Assembly (NCBI GenBank): GCA_938084885.1
Contig: CALKGG010000119.1
Location: 10,393-74,392, forward strand
Direction: 5' to 3'
DNA from: an uncultured Acidimicrobiales bacterium
GTDB taxonomy: Bacteria; Actinomycetota; Acidimicrobiia; Acidimicrobiales; SHLQ01
Length of the DNA: 64,000 nt
Made by a program: the position numbers and the translations under genes. The notes beneath the pieces are model-generated. The model saw nothing but the letters and a program-made list of their open reading frames with translations, ran no database searches and was not told where the DNA came from. Of the stretch, positions 9,362 through 18,439 are shown one piece after another (position 1 is the first letter of the stretch; the number at the start of each line of letters is the position of its first letter).

Positions 9362-10746
9362 CGCGAGCCCGACTCCGGCGGACGAACCGTCGCTCTGTCA
9401 TCGTCTGCGCGCTCTGGCTTGTCGCAGGCCTCATTGCTGCAACCGCCGCTCCCATCGGGGCGAGCACGAACAGCTCGGTCCCGCGCATCGACAACGCCGA
9501 TCGGGCACAGGTCGCTGCCACCTACCGCAACGCCATTACTGCAAACCTCCAACTCAGCAGCGACTGGAATGGCGATGTTGCGACGTGTCGAGCCGGCACG
9601 GTGTCCAACGCTTTCACCACCGGAACCCTCGAGGCAATCAACTGGTTCAGATCGATGGCCGGGCTCGAGAACGTTGTCGAAGACCCCGACCTCAGCGCAA
9701 ACGCGCAACGAGCGGCCCTCATGATGCAGGCACAGAACAGCCTCTCCCACTCGCCCGATCAAAGCTGGAACTGTTATTCCCCCGACGGCGCCATGGCCGC
9801 AGCGACAAGCAACCTCACCCTCGGCATCAACGGTGTCAGCGGAGTGCTCGGCCAAATCCAAGACCCCGGCGCGTCGAACCTCGCGCTTGGTCATCGACGC
9901 TGGTTACTCTTCCCAGAACTTGAGACGGTTGGTGTCGGCAACACATCTCGCGCCAGTTCGGTCCAGGTCGTCAGCGATTTCGGACCACGCTCGACTGAAG
10001 ACCCATGGGTGGCATGGCCTCCTGCGGGCTTTGTGCCCGACGACGTCGTGTTCGAGCGCTGGTCGATTTCCTATGCGGGTGCCGGCACCGCCGATCTACG
10101 CGGCGCACGCGTCCGCGTGACCGAAAACGGTCGTCCACTCGCCGTGACCGTCTTGCCGGTGATCGATGGATTTGGCGATCCGGCCCTCGGATTCGAACTT
10201 CCAGATGCACGGCCAGCGACCGCCGGAGACACGATCTACCGCGTCAATATCACCGGCATCTCGGTCGATGGACGGGCCGCCGATCAAACCTATGCAGTCA
10301 CGGCATTCGATGCAGAGGCTGCGTCCTACAGCTGCGCTGGCCGACCTGCCACCATTTTGGGCAGTACTGGAGATGACGAGCTCACAGGTACAGGCCGCGC
10401 CGATGTCATTGTTGGGCTCGGAGGCAACGACACGATCTCTGGGCTCGGAGGAAACGACGTCATCTGTGGCGGCGCCGGAAGCGACCTGATCAACGGGGGC
10501 TCGGGCAACGACCGAATCCTCGGTGGAAGCGGTTCCGACGTCCTTCGAGGTGCGAAAGGAAGCGACACGATTTTCGGCGGGGCCGGGAAGGACACCATCT
10601 ATGGACAACACGGCAACGACCGCCTCATTGGGGGATCGCACGCCGACTCGATAACGGGCGGGGCCGGCAACGACCTATGTTGGGGCTACCAAGACGGTGA
10701 GCGCTCGAAACGAAACGACTCGCGGCGCTGCGAGCTCGGCCGTTAG
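9316..10746 (+). CDS. secreted CAP/SCP (PR-1-like) domain protein with C-terminal RTX Ca-binding repeats
   Basis: A signal-like segment (SVIVCALWLVAGLIAATAAPIGA) precedes a CAP-like region (TLEAINWFRSMAGL...ANAQRAALMMQAQNSLSHSP...GHRRWLLFPELETVGVG). The C-terminal nonapeptide block reads GLGGNDTISGLGGNDVICGGAGSDLINGGSGNDRILGGSGSDVLRG.... An alternative TTG start lies at 9349. The gene overlaps the preceding gene. Confidence 0.7.
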   Translation: MCWFGQRNHRQLRTLTRARLRRTNRRSVIVCALWLVAGLIAATAAPIGASTNSSVPRIDNADRAQVAATYRNAITANLQLSSDWNGDVATCRAGTVSNAFTTGTLEAINWFRSMAGLENVVEDPDLSANAQRAALMMQAQNSLSHSPDQSWNCYSPDGAMAAATSNLTLGINGVSGVLGQIQDPGASNLALGHRRWLLFPELETVGVGNTSRASSVQVVSDFGPRSTEDPWVAWPPAGFVPDDVVFERWSISYAGAGTADLRGARVRVTENGRPLAVTVLPVIDGFGDPALGFELPDARPATAGDTIYRVNITGISVDGRAADQTYAVTAFDAEAASYSCAGRPATILGSTGDDELTGTGRADVIVGLGGNDTISGLGGNDVICGGAGSDLINGGSGNDRILGGSGSDVLRGAKGSDTIFGGAGKDTIYGQHGNDRLIGGSHADSITGGAGNDLCWGYQDGERSKRNDSRRCELGR

Positions 10747-10764
10747 ACCGCCAGCGATAACTCG

Positions 10765-11136
10765 CTACCGTCCAAGGACAAAGAACCATGCAACCGCGGC
10801 GATCACTCCAAGCAACACGGCCATCTTGATGAAGCCCTTGATCGCTCCCATGATGGCCCCGCCGACCGATAGCAGCGCAATAACAACGACCACAGCGGTT
10901 AGCCCAGGGTTGACTGCAGCCGTGTCGACCAGCGAGTCTGGGATCCGATCGGCGATGTCTGGGGTCAAGGTATCGACGACATCTTCGGGTATCTGGTCGC
11001 GCGCTCCCGAGATGATCTCCTCGCGGATATCATCAGGAAGCGCATCGATGACTTCCTGCGGGAGATCTTCGACCTCAATCGATTCGTCAGCCTGTGCGAT
11101 CTGCGCCATGATTGTAATCTTCGCACCCCAAGCCAC
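10765..11136 (-). CDS. small acidic protein with a C-terminal double-TM anchor
   Basis: The ORF has an Asp/Glu-rich N-terminal half and two hydrophobic segments at the C-terminus (LTAVVVVIALLSVGGAIMGAI and AVLLGVIAAVAWFFVLG). No family motif is recognised. Confidence 0.4.
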   Translation of the reverse strand: MAWGAKITIMAQIAQADESIEVEDLPQEVIDALPDDIREEIISGARDQIPEDVVDTLTPDIADRIPDSLVDTAAVNPGLTAVVVVIALLSVGGAIMGAIKGFIKMAVLLGVIAAVAWFFVLGR

Positions 11137-11166
11137 GCTTGCGGCGCCACCCTTCGCTGAAATCCC

Positions 11167-11979
11167 ATGAACTCTCGCCTGCCAATCGGCCTTCCGAACA
11201 ACTTCAACAGCTCGCGTGGTGGCTCCGGAAGGGGCACCAGCCTGCCAGTTGCGCGCATCATCATCGTCGGCGCGCTCTTGGCTGTATTGATCTTGTTGTT
11301 CGTTCTTGGCTCGACTGCCACAACGAGCATTGCCGAAGCCGATGAAAGCCGAGTCGACCTTGAATCAATCGTCGGCCCGGCCCTGACCAGAGCTGGTTAT
11401 GGCGACGTCATTGTCGAGTCTGACGGACGCACCGTGACGCTGTCCGGTGAGCTGCCTACACGCACTGATGTCATTGCGGCCGATGCCGTAGCGAAGTCAA
11501 TTGCCGAGGTGGCATTTGTTCAAAACAACTTGAGTCACCCCGGTGATAGTGCCGACATTCCCGTTCCGGGGGAACCGCGAGGCACCACCGCCATTGGCTC
11601 AGCATCGTCGGCAGACCTTCAGCTGCAACTTCAGCTTGCGACTGTCGCTGCGGTTTCACCCATCGTGTTCGAACAACGAAGCTTCGAGATCACCCCAGAA
11701 TCTCAAGCGACGCTCGATCAGGTCATCCAGATCCTTGTCGAAAACCCCGATGTGCGGGTTGAAGTTGGCGGGCACACCGACTCGAGCGGCGACCCCGAAG
11801 CCAATGAGCTACTCGCGCAAGACCGGGCAGATTCGGTCATGGCGTCGCTGGTAGCTGCGGGCATTGAAGAGCGTCGGCTCACCGCAGTTGGCTACGGCGA
11901 TTCTCGTCCGATTGCCTCGAACGAGCTGCCCGACGGGCGAGCGCGAAATCGTCGCATCGAGTTCCTCATCCTGCCCTAG
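11167..11979 (+). CDS. BON-domain / OmpA_C-domain peptidoglycan-binding protein
   Basis: There is an N-terminal TM, then a BON-like segment (VIVESDGRTVTLSGELPTRTDVIAADAVAKSIAEV). The canonical OmpA_C block is VEVGGHTDSSGDPEANELLAQDRADSVMASLVAAGIEERRLTAVGYGDSRPIA...NRRIEFLI. Confidence 0.8.
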   Translation: MNSRLPIGLPNNFNSSRGGSGRGTSLPVARIIIVGALLAVLILLFVLGSTATTSIAEADESRVDLESIVGPALTRAGYGDVIVESDGRTVTLSGELPTRTDVIAADAVAKSIAEVAFVQNNLSHPGDSADIPVPGEPRGTTAIGSASSADLQLQLQLATVAAVSPIVFEQRSFEITPESQATLDQVIQILVENPDVRVEVGGHTDSSGDPEANELLAQDRADSVMASLVAAGIEERRLTAVGYGDSRPIASNELPDGRARNRRIEFLILP

Positions 11980-12110
11980 ATCAAAAGGATGCTGACCCCG
12001 GGCCCGATACAAGCCCGGAGTGCGTGTATCGCCCTGCCTGACGCAACGCTGTCTTAGCACGACCCTGCCTGCCGCAACGCTGCCTGAAAACGACGCTGTC
12101 TGAAAACGAC

Positions 12111-12142
12111 GATGGTCCCGAGCTCGAAAGCCCGGGACCATC
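12111..12142. terminator. hairpin between convergent genes (10-bp perfect stem), likely the rpmG terminator
   Basis: gatggtcccg (12111-12120) pairs perfectly with cgggaccatc (12133-12142). On the minus strand the hairpin is followed by TCGTCGTTTTCAGACAGCGTCGTTTTC. Confidence 0.5.
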
Positions 12143-12190
12143 TGTCGATTCGATTGACGTGCACTCGCCCCCTTGGGAGACGGACGTGGC

Positions 12191-12352
12191 CTAGCGCTCT
12201 TCGCGGAAGAGGACGTGCTTGCGAGCCACCGGATCGAACTTCATCAGTTCGAGGCGCTCACGAGTGTTCGTCTTGTTCTTCGTCGTCCAGTACTGGAAGC
12301 CGGTTCCAGCGGTCGAGCGGAGCTTGATGATTGGTCGCTTGTCGCTTGACAT
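12191..12352 (-). CDS. rpmG: 50S ribosomal protein L33 (not in the ORF track; 53 aa)
   Basis: Manual reverse-strand translation gives [53 protein letters not shown], the L33 signature. The ATG is at 12352 and the TAG at 12191-12193. Confidence 0.9.
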   Translation of the reverse strand: MSSDKRPIIKLRSTAGTGFQYWTTKNKTNTRERLELMKFDPVARKHVLFREER

Positions 12353-12589
12353 TTAGATCTTTTGTCCGTTCCTGCGCATCTCGGCAACGACGCTCTCGAT
12401 GCCACGCTTGTCGATGGTCTTGATGCCCTTCGCCGACACCGTGAGAGAAATCCACTTCTTCTCAGAAGGCAGGTAATACCGCTTCTTTTGAATGTTGATA
12501 TCCCAACGACGGTTGGTCTTGCGGTGCGAATGGGAAACGTTCTTGCCGAACGATGGCTTCTTCCCTGTTACTTGGCAAATACGTGACAT
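12353..12589 (-). CDS. rpmB: 50S ribosomal protein L28
   Basis: The last 78 aa of the 255-aa track ORF read [78 protein letters not shown], which is L28. The ATG is at 12589. Its stop abuts the rpmG start with no gap. Confidence 0.9.
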   Translation of the reverse strand: MSRICQVTGKKPSFGKNVSHSHRKTNRRWDINIQKKRYYLPSEKKWISLTVSAKGIKTIDKRGIESVVAEMRRNGQKI

Positions 12590-12781
12590 GTCACGCCCTC
12601 TTCTGTGCGAGCTTGCAAACGAAAATCTGGCGGCCGTATTCACGAAACGGGTGAACGGGCCAGCAGACAAGGCTATCAGCCACCATTGAACACAGCACGC
12701 GCGTATTTCGCGCAAATACAAAGGATGCCTTTTGGCGTATTCGAGCGAACACCACCCGGTCCCAAGTGTCATCATCAGACC

Positions 12782-13753
12782 ATGTCCTCGATACCAGCCA
12801 AGCTCATCGATACCGTCCTTGAAGCAACCATTGCCCCGAGCTTCACCAGGATTGGACCTGCGGTTCGAAGTCGACTGTTTAATTGGCAGCCAATCCGGAG
12901 TGTTCCCGGGCGCCGAGTCATCATCACCGGAGCCAACTCGGGCCTCGGGTTTGCGGGCGCCCACCTGTTGACCAAGGCCGGTGCGGCCGTGACCGTCGTT
13001 GCCCGCAACGAACAGCGCGGCACCGAGGCCGTCGATACGCTCAACCAGATGGCTGGTGCAGATGTGCGCCTCGAGATCTGTGACCTGTCGTCGTTGGACT
13101 CGGTCGACGAGTTTGCGCACCGTCTACTCGCAGCCGGAGACCCAATCGACACGTTGGTCCACAACGCAGGCGCGCTCCACAATCCGCGAGAAGAGTCGGT
13201 CGATGGCATCGAACTGACGTTGGCGACCCACGTCGTTGGTCCGTTCAAGCTCACCGAAATGCTCCGACCGCTCTTGCGACAAGGCAATGACCCACGCATC
13301 ATCACCATGGCCTCGGGCGGCCTCTACGGACAGGGCATCTCGCTATCGGATCTGCAAACAACCCGTGACTACAGCGGCACGAAGGCCTACGCCCGAGCAA
13401 AACGGGCCCAGCTGCTGCTCAGCAGTATGTGGGACGACATCTTGGTTCCCGAAGGCATCGAGTCCTATGTGATGCACCCCGGTTGGGCCAATACCGCCGG
13501 CGTCGCCGATGCACTGCCCGGCTTTGGCAAGCTGGTCGGGCCGTTGCTGCGCTCTCCGGAGGAAGGAGCCGACACGTTGGCATGGCTAGCAACAGAACCA
13601 ACCGCCGAGCTGGGAAGCAGCGGATTCTGGCTAGATCGAGCCCGCCGGCCGGAACATCGCATTCCGAACACCAAGAGCGCCGATCAAAAGACCGACGCGC
13701 TTTGGCAAGAGATTTCTCGAATGGCCGGAGTTAACCCGACGACGGCCGACTAA
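12782..13753 (+). CDS. short-chain dehydrogenase/reductase (SDR)
   Basis: The cofactor motif is [14 protein letters not shown], and a YxxxK catalytic motif is present (YARAK). The ATG at 12782 (MSSIPAKL...) is preferred over the track start at 12605. Confidence 0.8.
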   Translation: MSSIPAKLIDTVLEATIAPSFTRIGPAVRSRLFNWQPIRSVPGRRVIITGANSGLGFAGAHLLTKAGAAVTVVARNEQRGTEAVDTLNQMAGADVRLEICDLSSLDSVDEFAHRLLAAGDPIDTLVHNAGALHNPREESVDGIELTLATHVVGPFKLTEMLRPLLRQGNDPRIITMASGGLYGQGISLSDLQTTRDYSGTKAYARAKRAQLLLSSMWDDILVPEGIESYVMHPGWANTAGVADALPGFGKLVGPLLRSPEEGADTLAWLATEPTAELGSSGFWLDRARRPEHRIPNTKSADQKTDALWQEISRMAGVNPTTAD

Positions 13754-13773
13754 CTGCCTAACCGACGAGACGC

Positions 13774-15216
13774 CTAGCCGGTGCGACCGAGCGTGACGTC
13801 GAGGTCGACCTCTTCGCCGTTTCGGATGACGGTGACCGTGATGTTAGTTCCAGGCACCTGATCGATGACCTGGGCTCGTAGATCAGCCGAGCCACGGGTG
13901 TTGACACCATCGAGCGCAATGATGATGTCGCCAACCTGCACACCAGCGTTCTCGGCAGCAGATTCGGCCACGACCTGTCCGACCTGCGCGCCTCGGGCGC
14001 CGTTGGGAGCAGCACTGGTACTGACACCGAAGAGCGCTAGTTGAGGCTCGACTCCTTGGACGATCTGATCGGCAATGATGACCGCCAGATCGATGGAGAT
14101 CGCGAAACCAACACCAGCGCTCGAGCCGGACTCGGTAAAGATCAAGTCGTTGATGCCAACGACCTCACCGTCGAGGTTAATAAGCGGACCACCAGAGTTT
14201 CCGGGGTTGATGGATGCATCCGTTTGGACCATCGACACGTCGTTAACAATGCGGTCGACGGCGCTGATGATTCCTGCGGTGACGGTCTGATCGAAACCAA
14301 ACGGTGAACCGACCGCAACCGCAATCTGGCCAACACGGACATCTTCACCCTCGGCGAGTCGAGCAACGACGAGGTCGCGACCGTCAGGATCGATCTGGAC
14401 CACACCAACATCGGTCGGGACATGGGTTCCAACAACGGTGCCCTGAGCGCTCGAACCGTCAAAGAACGTCACGTTGACGTCGGTTGCGGTTCCGAGAACA
14501 TGGGCAGCGGTAAGAATCGTTCCGTTCTCATTGATGATAACCCCGGTTCCGAGACCCGTTCCGAGGTTCAGTTGCACAACCGATGGACGAATAATCTCGG
14601 CGGCAACAGCGAATGGTTCGTCGGCGAGCGACGATGCGTCGACAGCGCTGGTGGCAGTGGTGGCGGCTGGCTCGGCGGCAGGTGCCGGCGGAGATGCCGC
14701 TGTCGGAAGCGGTGCGGGGATGGCGCTTACCGCGTCGTCAGCGACGAGGTTGGCAACGGCATAGCTGACGCCACCGGACGCCAACACGGTGAGCAACGCC
14801 AAGGCGACGAGGAACCCGGTGCGGCGTTTCCTTTTTTGGGGCGGTGGCGCCAACGCTGGATCAACCGAGGCGGGGCGAGCTGCTCCCAACAGCAGTGGCG
14901 CTGGTGCTGGAACGCCCGGTTGCCCAGCGCTTTGTGGAGGTGCCGGTGGACTACCTGGTCGAACGGTCACTGCAGCGACGGGGCGGGGAGTAAACGCCCC
15001 GGTCGCTGGTGTGACCTCCTCGGCTTTCGGAGAACCGATAGCCGAGAAGCTGGCCCGTGCCGGTGTGGGTGGAACCGACAGTGGAGGGTTGGGGCCAGAT
15101 TGAGGAGATGGAGAATTCGCGGTGCCCAATGGTGTGGCACTTCCCGATGGTGTGGCGCGCGCTTGTGGTTCGCCGCTGTTCGCCGTGTCCATATCGGGAG
15201 TGTGGTCGTTCCACAT
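13774..15216 (-). CDS. HtrA/DegP-family trypsin-like serine protease with PDZ domain
   Basis: A Pro-rich N-terminus and one TM precede the catalytic triad context TAAHV, a conserved Asp region and INPGNSGGPLINLDGEVVGIN. The C-terminal PDZ-like region is GAQVGQVVAESAAENAGVQVGDIIIALDG. An SD-like GAAGGA lies upstream of the ATG at 15216. Confidence 0.9.
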   Translation of the reverse strand: MWNDHTPDMDTANSGEPQARATPSGSATPLGTANSPSPQSGPNPPLSVPPTPARASFSAIGSPKAEEVTPATGAFTPRPVAAVTVRPGSPPAPPQSAGQPGVPAPAPLLLGAARPASVDPALAPPPQKRKRRTGFLVALALLTVLASGGVSYAVANLVADDAVSAIPAPLPTAASPPAPAAEPAATTATSAVDASSLADEPFAVAAEIIRPSVVQLNLGTGLGTGVIINENGTILTAAHVLGTATDVNVTFFDGSSAQGTVVGTHVPTDVGVVQIDPDGRDLVVARLAEGEDVRVGQIAVAVGSPFGFDQTVTAGIISAVDRIVNDVSMVQTDASINPGNSGGPLINLDGEVVGINDLIFTESGSSAGVGFAISIDLAVIIADQIVQGVEPQLALFGVSTSAAPNGARGAQVGQVVAESAAENAGVQVGDIIIALDGVNTRGSADLRAQVIDQVPGTNITVTVIRNGEEVDLDVTLGRTG

Positions 15217-15464
15217 TGTGTGTCCTTCGTGAAGAGCTAGAGGATTGCCCTTCGGTTGTAATAGGTGCCAGTGAAGTCCTTCGAGGTAAGGACTGAATTA
15301 GAGCCACCTGAGTTACATACGAAAACTGTTGGTCCTTTGGATGTGTTCCCGCCAAAACAAAAACTTTCTTGGAAACAGCACCAACGTACGCTCCAGCGCT
15401 GATCCCTCTCAAGTCACAAGTTCCATCGCCGAGTTCGCTTGTGCGAATCACCTAATCTGACCGA

Positions 15465-17759
15465 GTGCGATTCGAACTCACCCCGTCTCGTGACCTCGTT
15501 GAAGACGCATCGCAGGTCTCGAACACTTCTCGTTGGCGAGTGAACGGCTCCCGACCGCTGTTCGAACTGACCAGCAGCGACCGCTCCGCGCCGAACCCTG
15601 GTTGGCATCTCGTCCACGTTTCGATCACGAGCACGCAAGCCACCGGACAGGGGCTGCCCGAGCATCCGCCCATCGCCCTGCGATTCCTCCCAACGTCGGG
15701 GTCGGTTCCTCTCGCCCGACGTCCAGTTCCGAACGTGTCTCGAACTCGCACCCGGGTTGTTCACGTGCCCGAGGGAACGTCGCGTGTGTTTCTCGACGTT
15801 TCTCCCTGGATCGATACCGTCGAGGTCGGCCATGTCTCGTTCCAGCCGTTACCGGCCGCAGCAGCCGCAGCGCTCATGTCAGCCGACGTTGCAGCCTCGA
15901 GCATTGGCGGCACCACCGAGAGGAGCGAACTGATCGAGCGCCTGCGCTCAGCGAGAACACTCCGAGGCAACCGAGCCGCGCTTGAAGAGGTCGCTACCTC
16001 CTATGAGCACCTCCAACACCGTCGTTCGGGCGATGGAGTCGACTATCCCTCTTGGCGTTTCCGCAATGCCACAATGTTCGAAGACGACGCTGACCAGCTT
16101 CGAACCCGATGCAGCGAACTGCCTGGCGGCGGTCCGACGATCAGCGTCATCATGCCCGTGTACAACCCCGAACTTCGTTGGCTCGACGCCGCCATTGAAT
16201 CGGTCACAGGTCAGGCGTATGACCGTTGGCAGCTCCATCTCGTCAACGACGCCTCGACCAATCCCGCCGTCGCCGATCGACTCGACCACCACGCGGCCGC
16301 GGACGATCGCATCTTTGTGACCCACCGAGCAGTGAACGGACACATCGCTGCTGCGACCAACGATGGCCTCGCGATCGCCACCGGCGAGTTCGTGGCATTC
16401 ATGGACCACGACGACGCGCTCGCCCCTTTTGCCCTCGGGGCGCTCGCTGCTTACTCGAACGGTGCCGACATTCTCTACACCGATGAGGACAAGATCGATT
16501 CGGCCGGGCGGCATTACGATCCGCATTGCAAGCCACCGTGGAACCCTGAACTGCTTCTCGGCCAGAACTACATGTCGCATCTCACGGCGATCCGGCGTTC
16601 GCTCATTGCGAACGTCGGCGGGCTGCGGACCGGTTTCGACGGTTCACAAGATCACGATCTGCTCCTTCGGGCAACGGCGGCAACAACACCAGATCGTATT
16701 CGCCACATACCGCTCGTGGCCTACCACTGGCGAGCAGTGACCGGCTCGACCGCGCTCGCCCCCGGCGAAAAGACCTACACCGAAGATGCCTCGATCCGGG
16801 CGCTCGAAGATCGGCTCGGAAGCGACTGGTCGGTCGAGCTCGGTGGCGCCCCGACGGCATACCGCTGTATCCCTCCGTTGACCGACTACCCATTGGTGTC
16901 CATCGTGATCCCGACCCGAGATCGGCTCGAACTCGTGCAGCAATGCGTCGAGAGTCTCGCCCGCACGACCTACCCAGCCTTTGAGATCCTGATTGTCGAC
17001 AACGACTCGGCCGAACCCGCCACACTCGACTGGTTTGCTGCATTCAACAACGGCCACGACCATCGGGTGATCCCCGCGCCGGGGCCGTTCAACTACTCGA
17101 AGATCAACAACATCGGCGTCAGCGCTGGCCGAGGCGAACTCGTGTTGCTACTCAACAACGACACCGAAGTGATCGAACCGGACTGGTTGACCACGATGGT
17201 TCGCTGGATTCAGCAACCAAACGTGGGAGCGGTCGGCGCCAAGTTGTTGTATCCCAATGACACGATTCAGCACGCCGGTGTTGTGCTCGGCCTCGGCGGT
17301 CTTGCTGGCCACGGACACCTCCACGAACCCGCCGATTCATCCGGCTACTTCAACCGGCTTATGCTCACCCACGAAGTGGGGGCGGCCACCGCAGCGTGCC
17401 TCCTCACTCGCCGCTCCACGTGGGACGAGCTCGGTGGCCTCGACGAGGAGCTGGCCGTTGCCTTCAACGACATCGACTACTGCATGCGCGTTCGACACCA
17501 CGCGGGCCAGCGCATTCTCTGGACTCCCGACGCCCTGCTCTACCATCACGAAAGCGTGAGCCGCGGTGCCGAGGACGACCCGACAAAGGTCGCTCGTTTC
17601 AACCGTGAGGTCGACCTTGCTCTCGACCGCTGGGCCGACGTGCTCGACCTCGACCCGGCCTACTCCCCCAACCTCACCCTCGAGGGAAACTCGTTCACCC
17701 TGGCGCGGGAACCTCGCATCACCACACCCTGGGCCGACTCCGCAGACGAGTCCGAGTAG
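15465..17759 (+). CDS. tandem double-GT2 glycosyltransferase with an uncharacterised N-terminal region of about 200 aa
   Basis: Two GT2 cores are present: ISVIMPVYNPELRWLDAAIESVTGQAYDRWQLHLVNDAS...MDHDD, and VSIVIPTRDRLELVQQCVESLARTTYPAFEILIVDNDS...NNDTE. The start codon is uncertain. Confidence 0.8.
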   Translation: MRFELTPSRDLVEDASQVSNTSRWRVNGSRPLFELTSSDRSAPNPGWHLVHVSITSTQATGQGLPEHPPIALRFLPTSGSVPLARRPVPNVSRTRTRVVHVPEGTSRVFLDVSPWIDTVEVGHVSFQPLPAAAAAALMSADVAASSIGGTTERSELIERLRSARTLRGNRAALEEVATSYEHLQHRRSGDGVDYPSWRFRNATMFEDDADQLRTRCSELPGGGPTISVIMPVYNPELRWLDAAIESVTGQAYDRWQLHLVNDASTNPAVADRLDHHAAADDRIFVTHRAVNGHIAAATNDGLAIATGEFVAFMDHDDALAPFALGALAAYSNGADILYTDEDKIDSAGRHYDPHCKPPWNPELLLGQNYMSHLTAIRRSLIANVGGLRTGFDGSQDHDLLLRATAATTPDRIRHIPLVAYHWRAVTGSTALAPGEKTYTEDASIRALEDRLGSDWSVELGGAPTAYRCIPPLTDYPLVSIVIPTRDRLELVQQCVESLARTTYPAFEILIVDNDSAEPATLDWFAAFNNGHDHRVIPAPGPFNYSKINNIGVSAGRGELVLLLNNDTEVIEPDWLTTMVRWIQQPNVGAVGAKLLYPNDTIQHAGVVLGLGGLAGHGHLHEPADSSGYFNRLMLTHEVGAATAACLLTRRSTWDELGGLDEELAVAFNDIDYCMRVRHHAGQRILWTPDALLYHHESVSRGAEDDPTKVARFNREVDLALDRWADVLDLDPAYSPNLTLEGNSFTLAREPRITTPWADSADESE

Positions 17760-17829
17760 GGTCGAGGTCACCGCGGGTCGATTCACTATCGACCCGCTCG
17801 TCAACTAGGCGGACCCCAGGAGAGAAAAC

Positions 17830-18399
17830 ATGAATATTGGACGACTGGTCGGATCGCTCGCAGGCTCGTTTGGTGGTGCCGCTCTCGGCGGTGCCGTCGG
17901 TGGTCGCACCGGACGCATGGTCGGCTCGATCGTTGGATCGATGGTCGGGTCACGCGGCGTCAAGGACGCAGCCGGCGGCATTGGCGATGCGCTCGGCGGG
18001 ATCAAAGACAAGATCGACGGGGGCGACGATGTCGCCGATGTCGAAATGCCCGAAGAAGAAGCCGCAATTTTGATCCGCGCCATGGCCAACGCAGCGAAAG
18101 CCGACGGCGAAGTTGATCAGGCCGAGATCGACGCCATCATTAGCCGCGCCGGCGATCTCGACGACGAAGCCGAGGCATATGTGCGATCTGAACTTGCGCT
18201 GCCGCTGAACCTCGACGAGTTCATCGAGTCGGTTCCCGGAGGGATGGAGGCCGAGGTGTACACGATGTCGTTGCTGCCGATCGATGTCGACACGGTAGCT
18301 GAGGCCGAATACCTCGCCGACCTGCGCTTGGGTCTTGGACTCAGCGACGAACAGGTCGTCGACATACACGAAGCTCTCGGCGTCCCACTCTCGCTGTGA
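17830..18399 (+). CDS. DUF533/TerB-like protein with a Gly-rich N-terminus
   Basis: A glycine-zipper-like N-terminus (GSLAGSFGGAALGGAVGGRTGRMVGSIVGSMVG) is followed by EEAAILIRAMANAAKADGEVDQAEIDAIISRAG, typical of the DUF533/TerB fold. Confidence 0.5.
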   Translation: MNIGRLVGSLAGSFGGAALGGAVGGRTGRMVGSIVGSMVGSRGVKDAAGGIGDALGGIKDKIDGGDDVADVEMPEEEAAILIRAMANAAKADGEVDQAEIDAIISRAGDLDDEAEAYVRSELALPLNLDEFIESVPGGMEAEVYTMSLLPIDVDTVAEAEYLADLRLGLGLSDEQVVDIHEALGVPLSL

Positions 18400-18439
18400 G
18401 CGGGCCGGCTGGGCTGGCCCTAGGGCGAGGACAACACCG

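Noticed and set aside
7925-10746. A type I secretion system implied by the RTX repeats, with the window's ABC transporters as its exporter
   Set aside because: Both ABC systems are MacB/FtsX-type with separate ATPases, not HlyB-type. No HlyD- or TolC-like genes are present. Both RTX proteins also have N-terminal signal-like segments.
12590-12781. A Zur box upstream of rpmB-rpmG
   Set aside because: No AT-rich palindrome of about 21 nt of the TGAAAATnATTTTCA type is present. Only the unrelated GTATTT-N5-AAATAC palindrome was seen.
12590-13120. The N-terminal 177 aa of the 255-aa track ORF containing L28
   Set aside because: Only the last 78 aa are L28, and they have their own ATG. The extension overlaps the divergent SDR gene and has no coding character.
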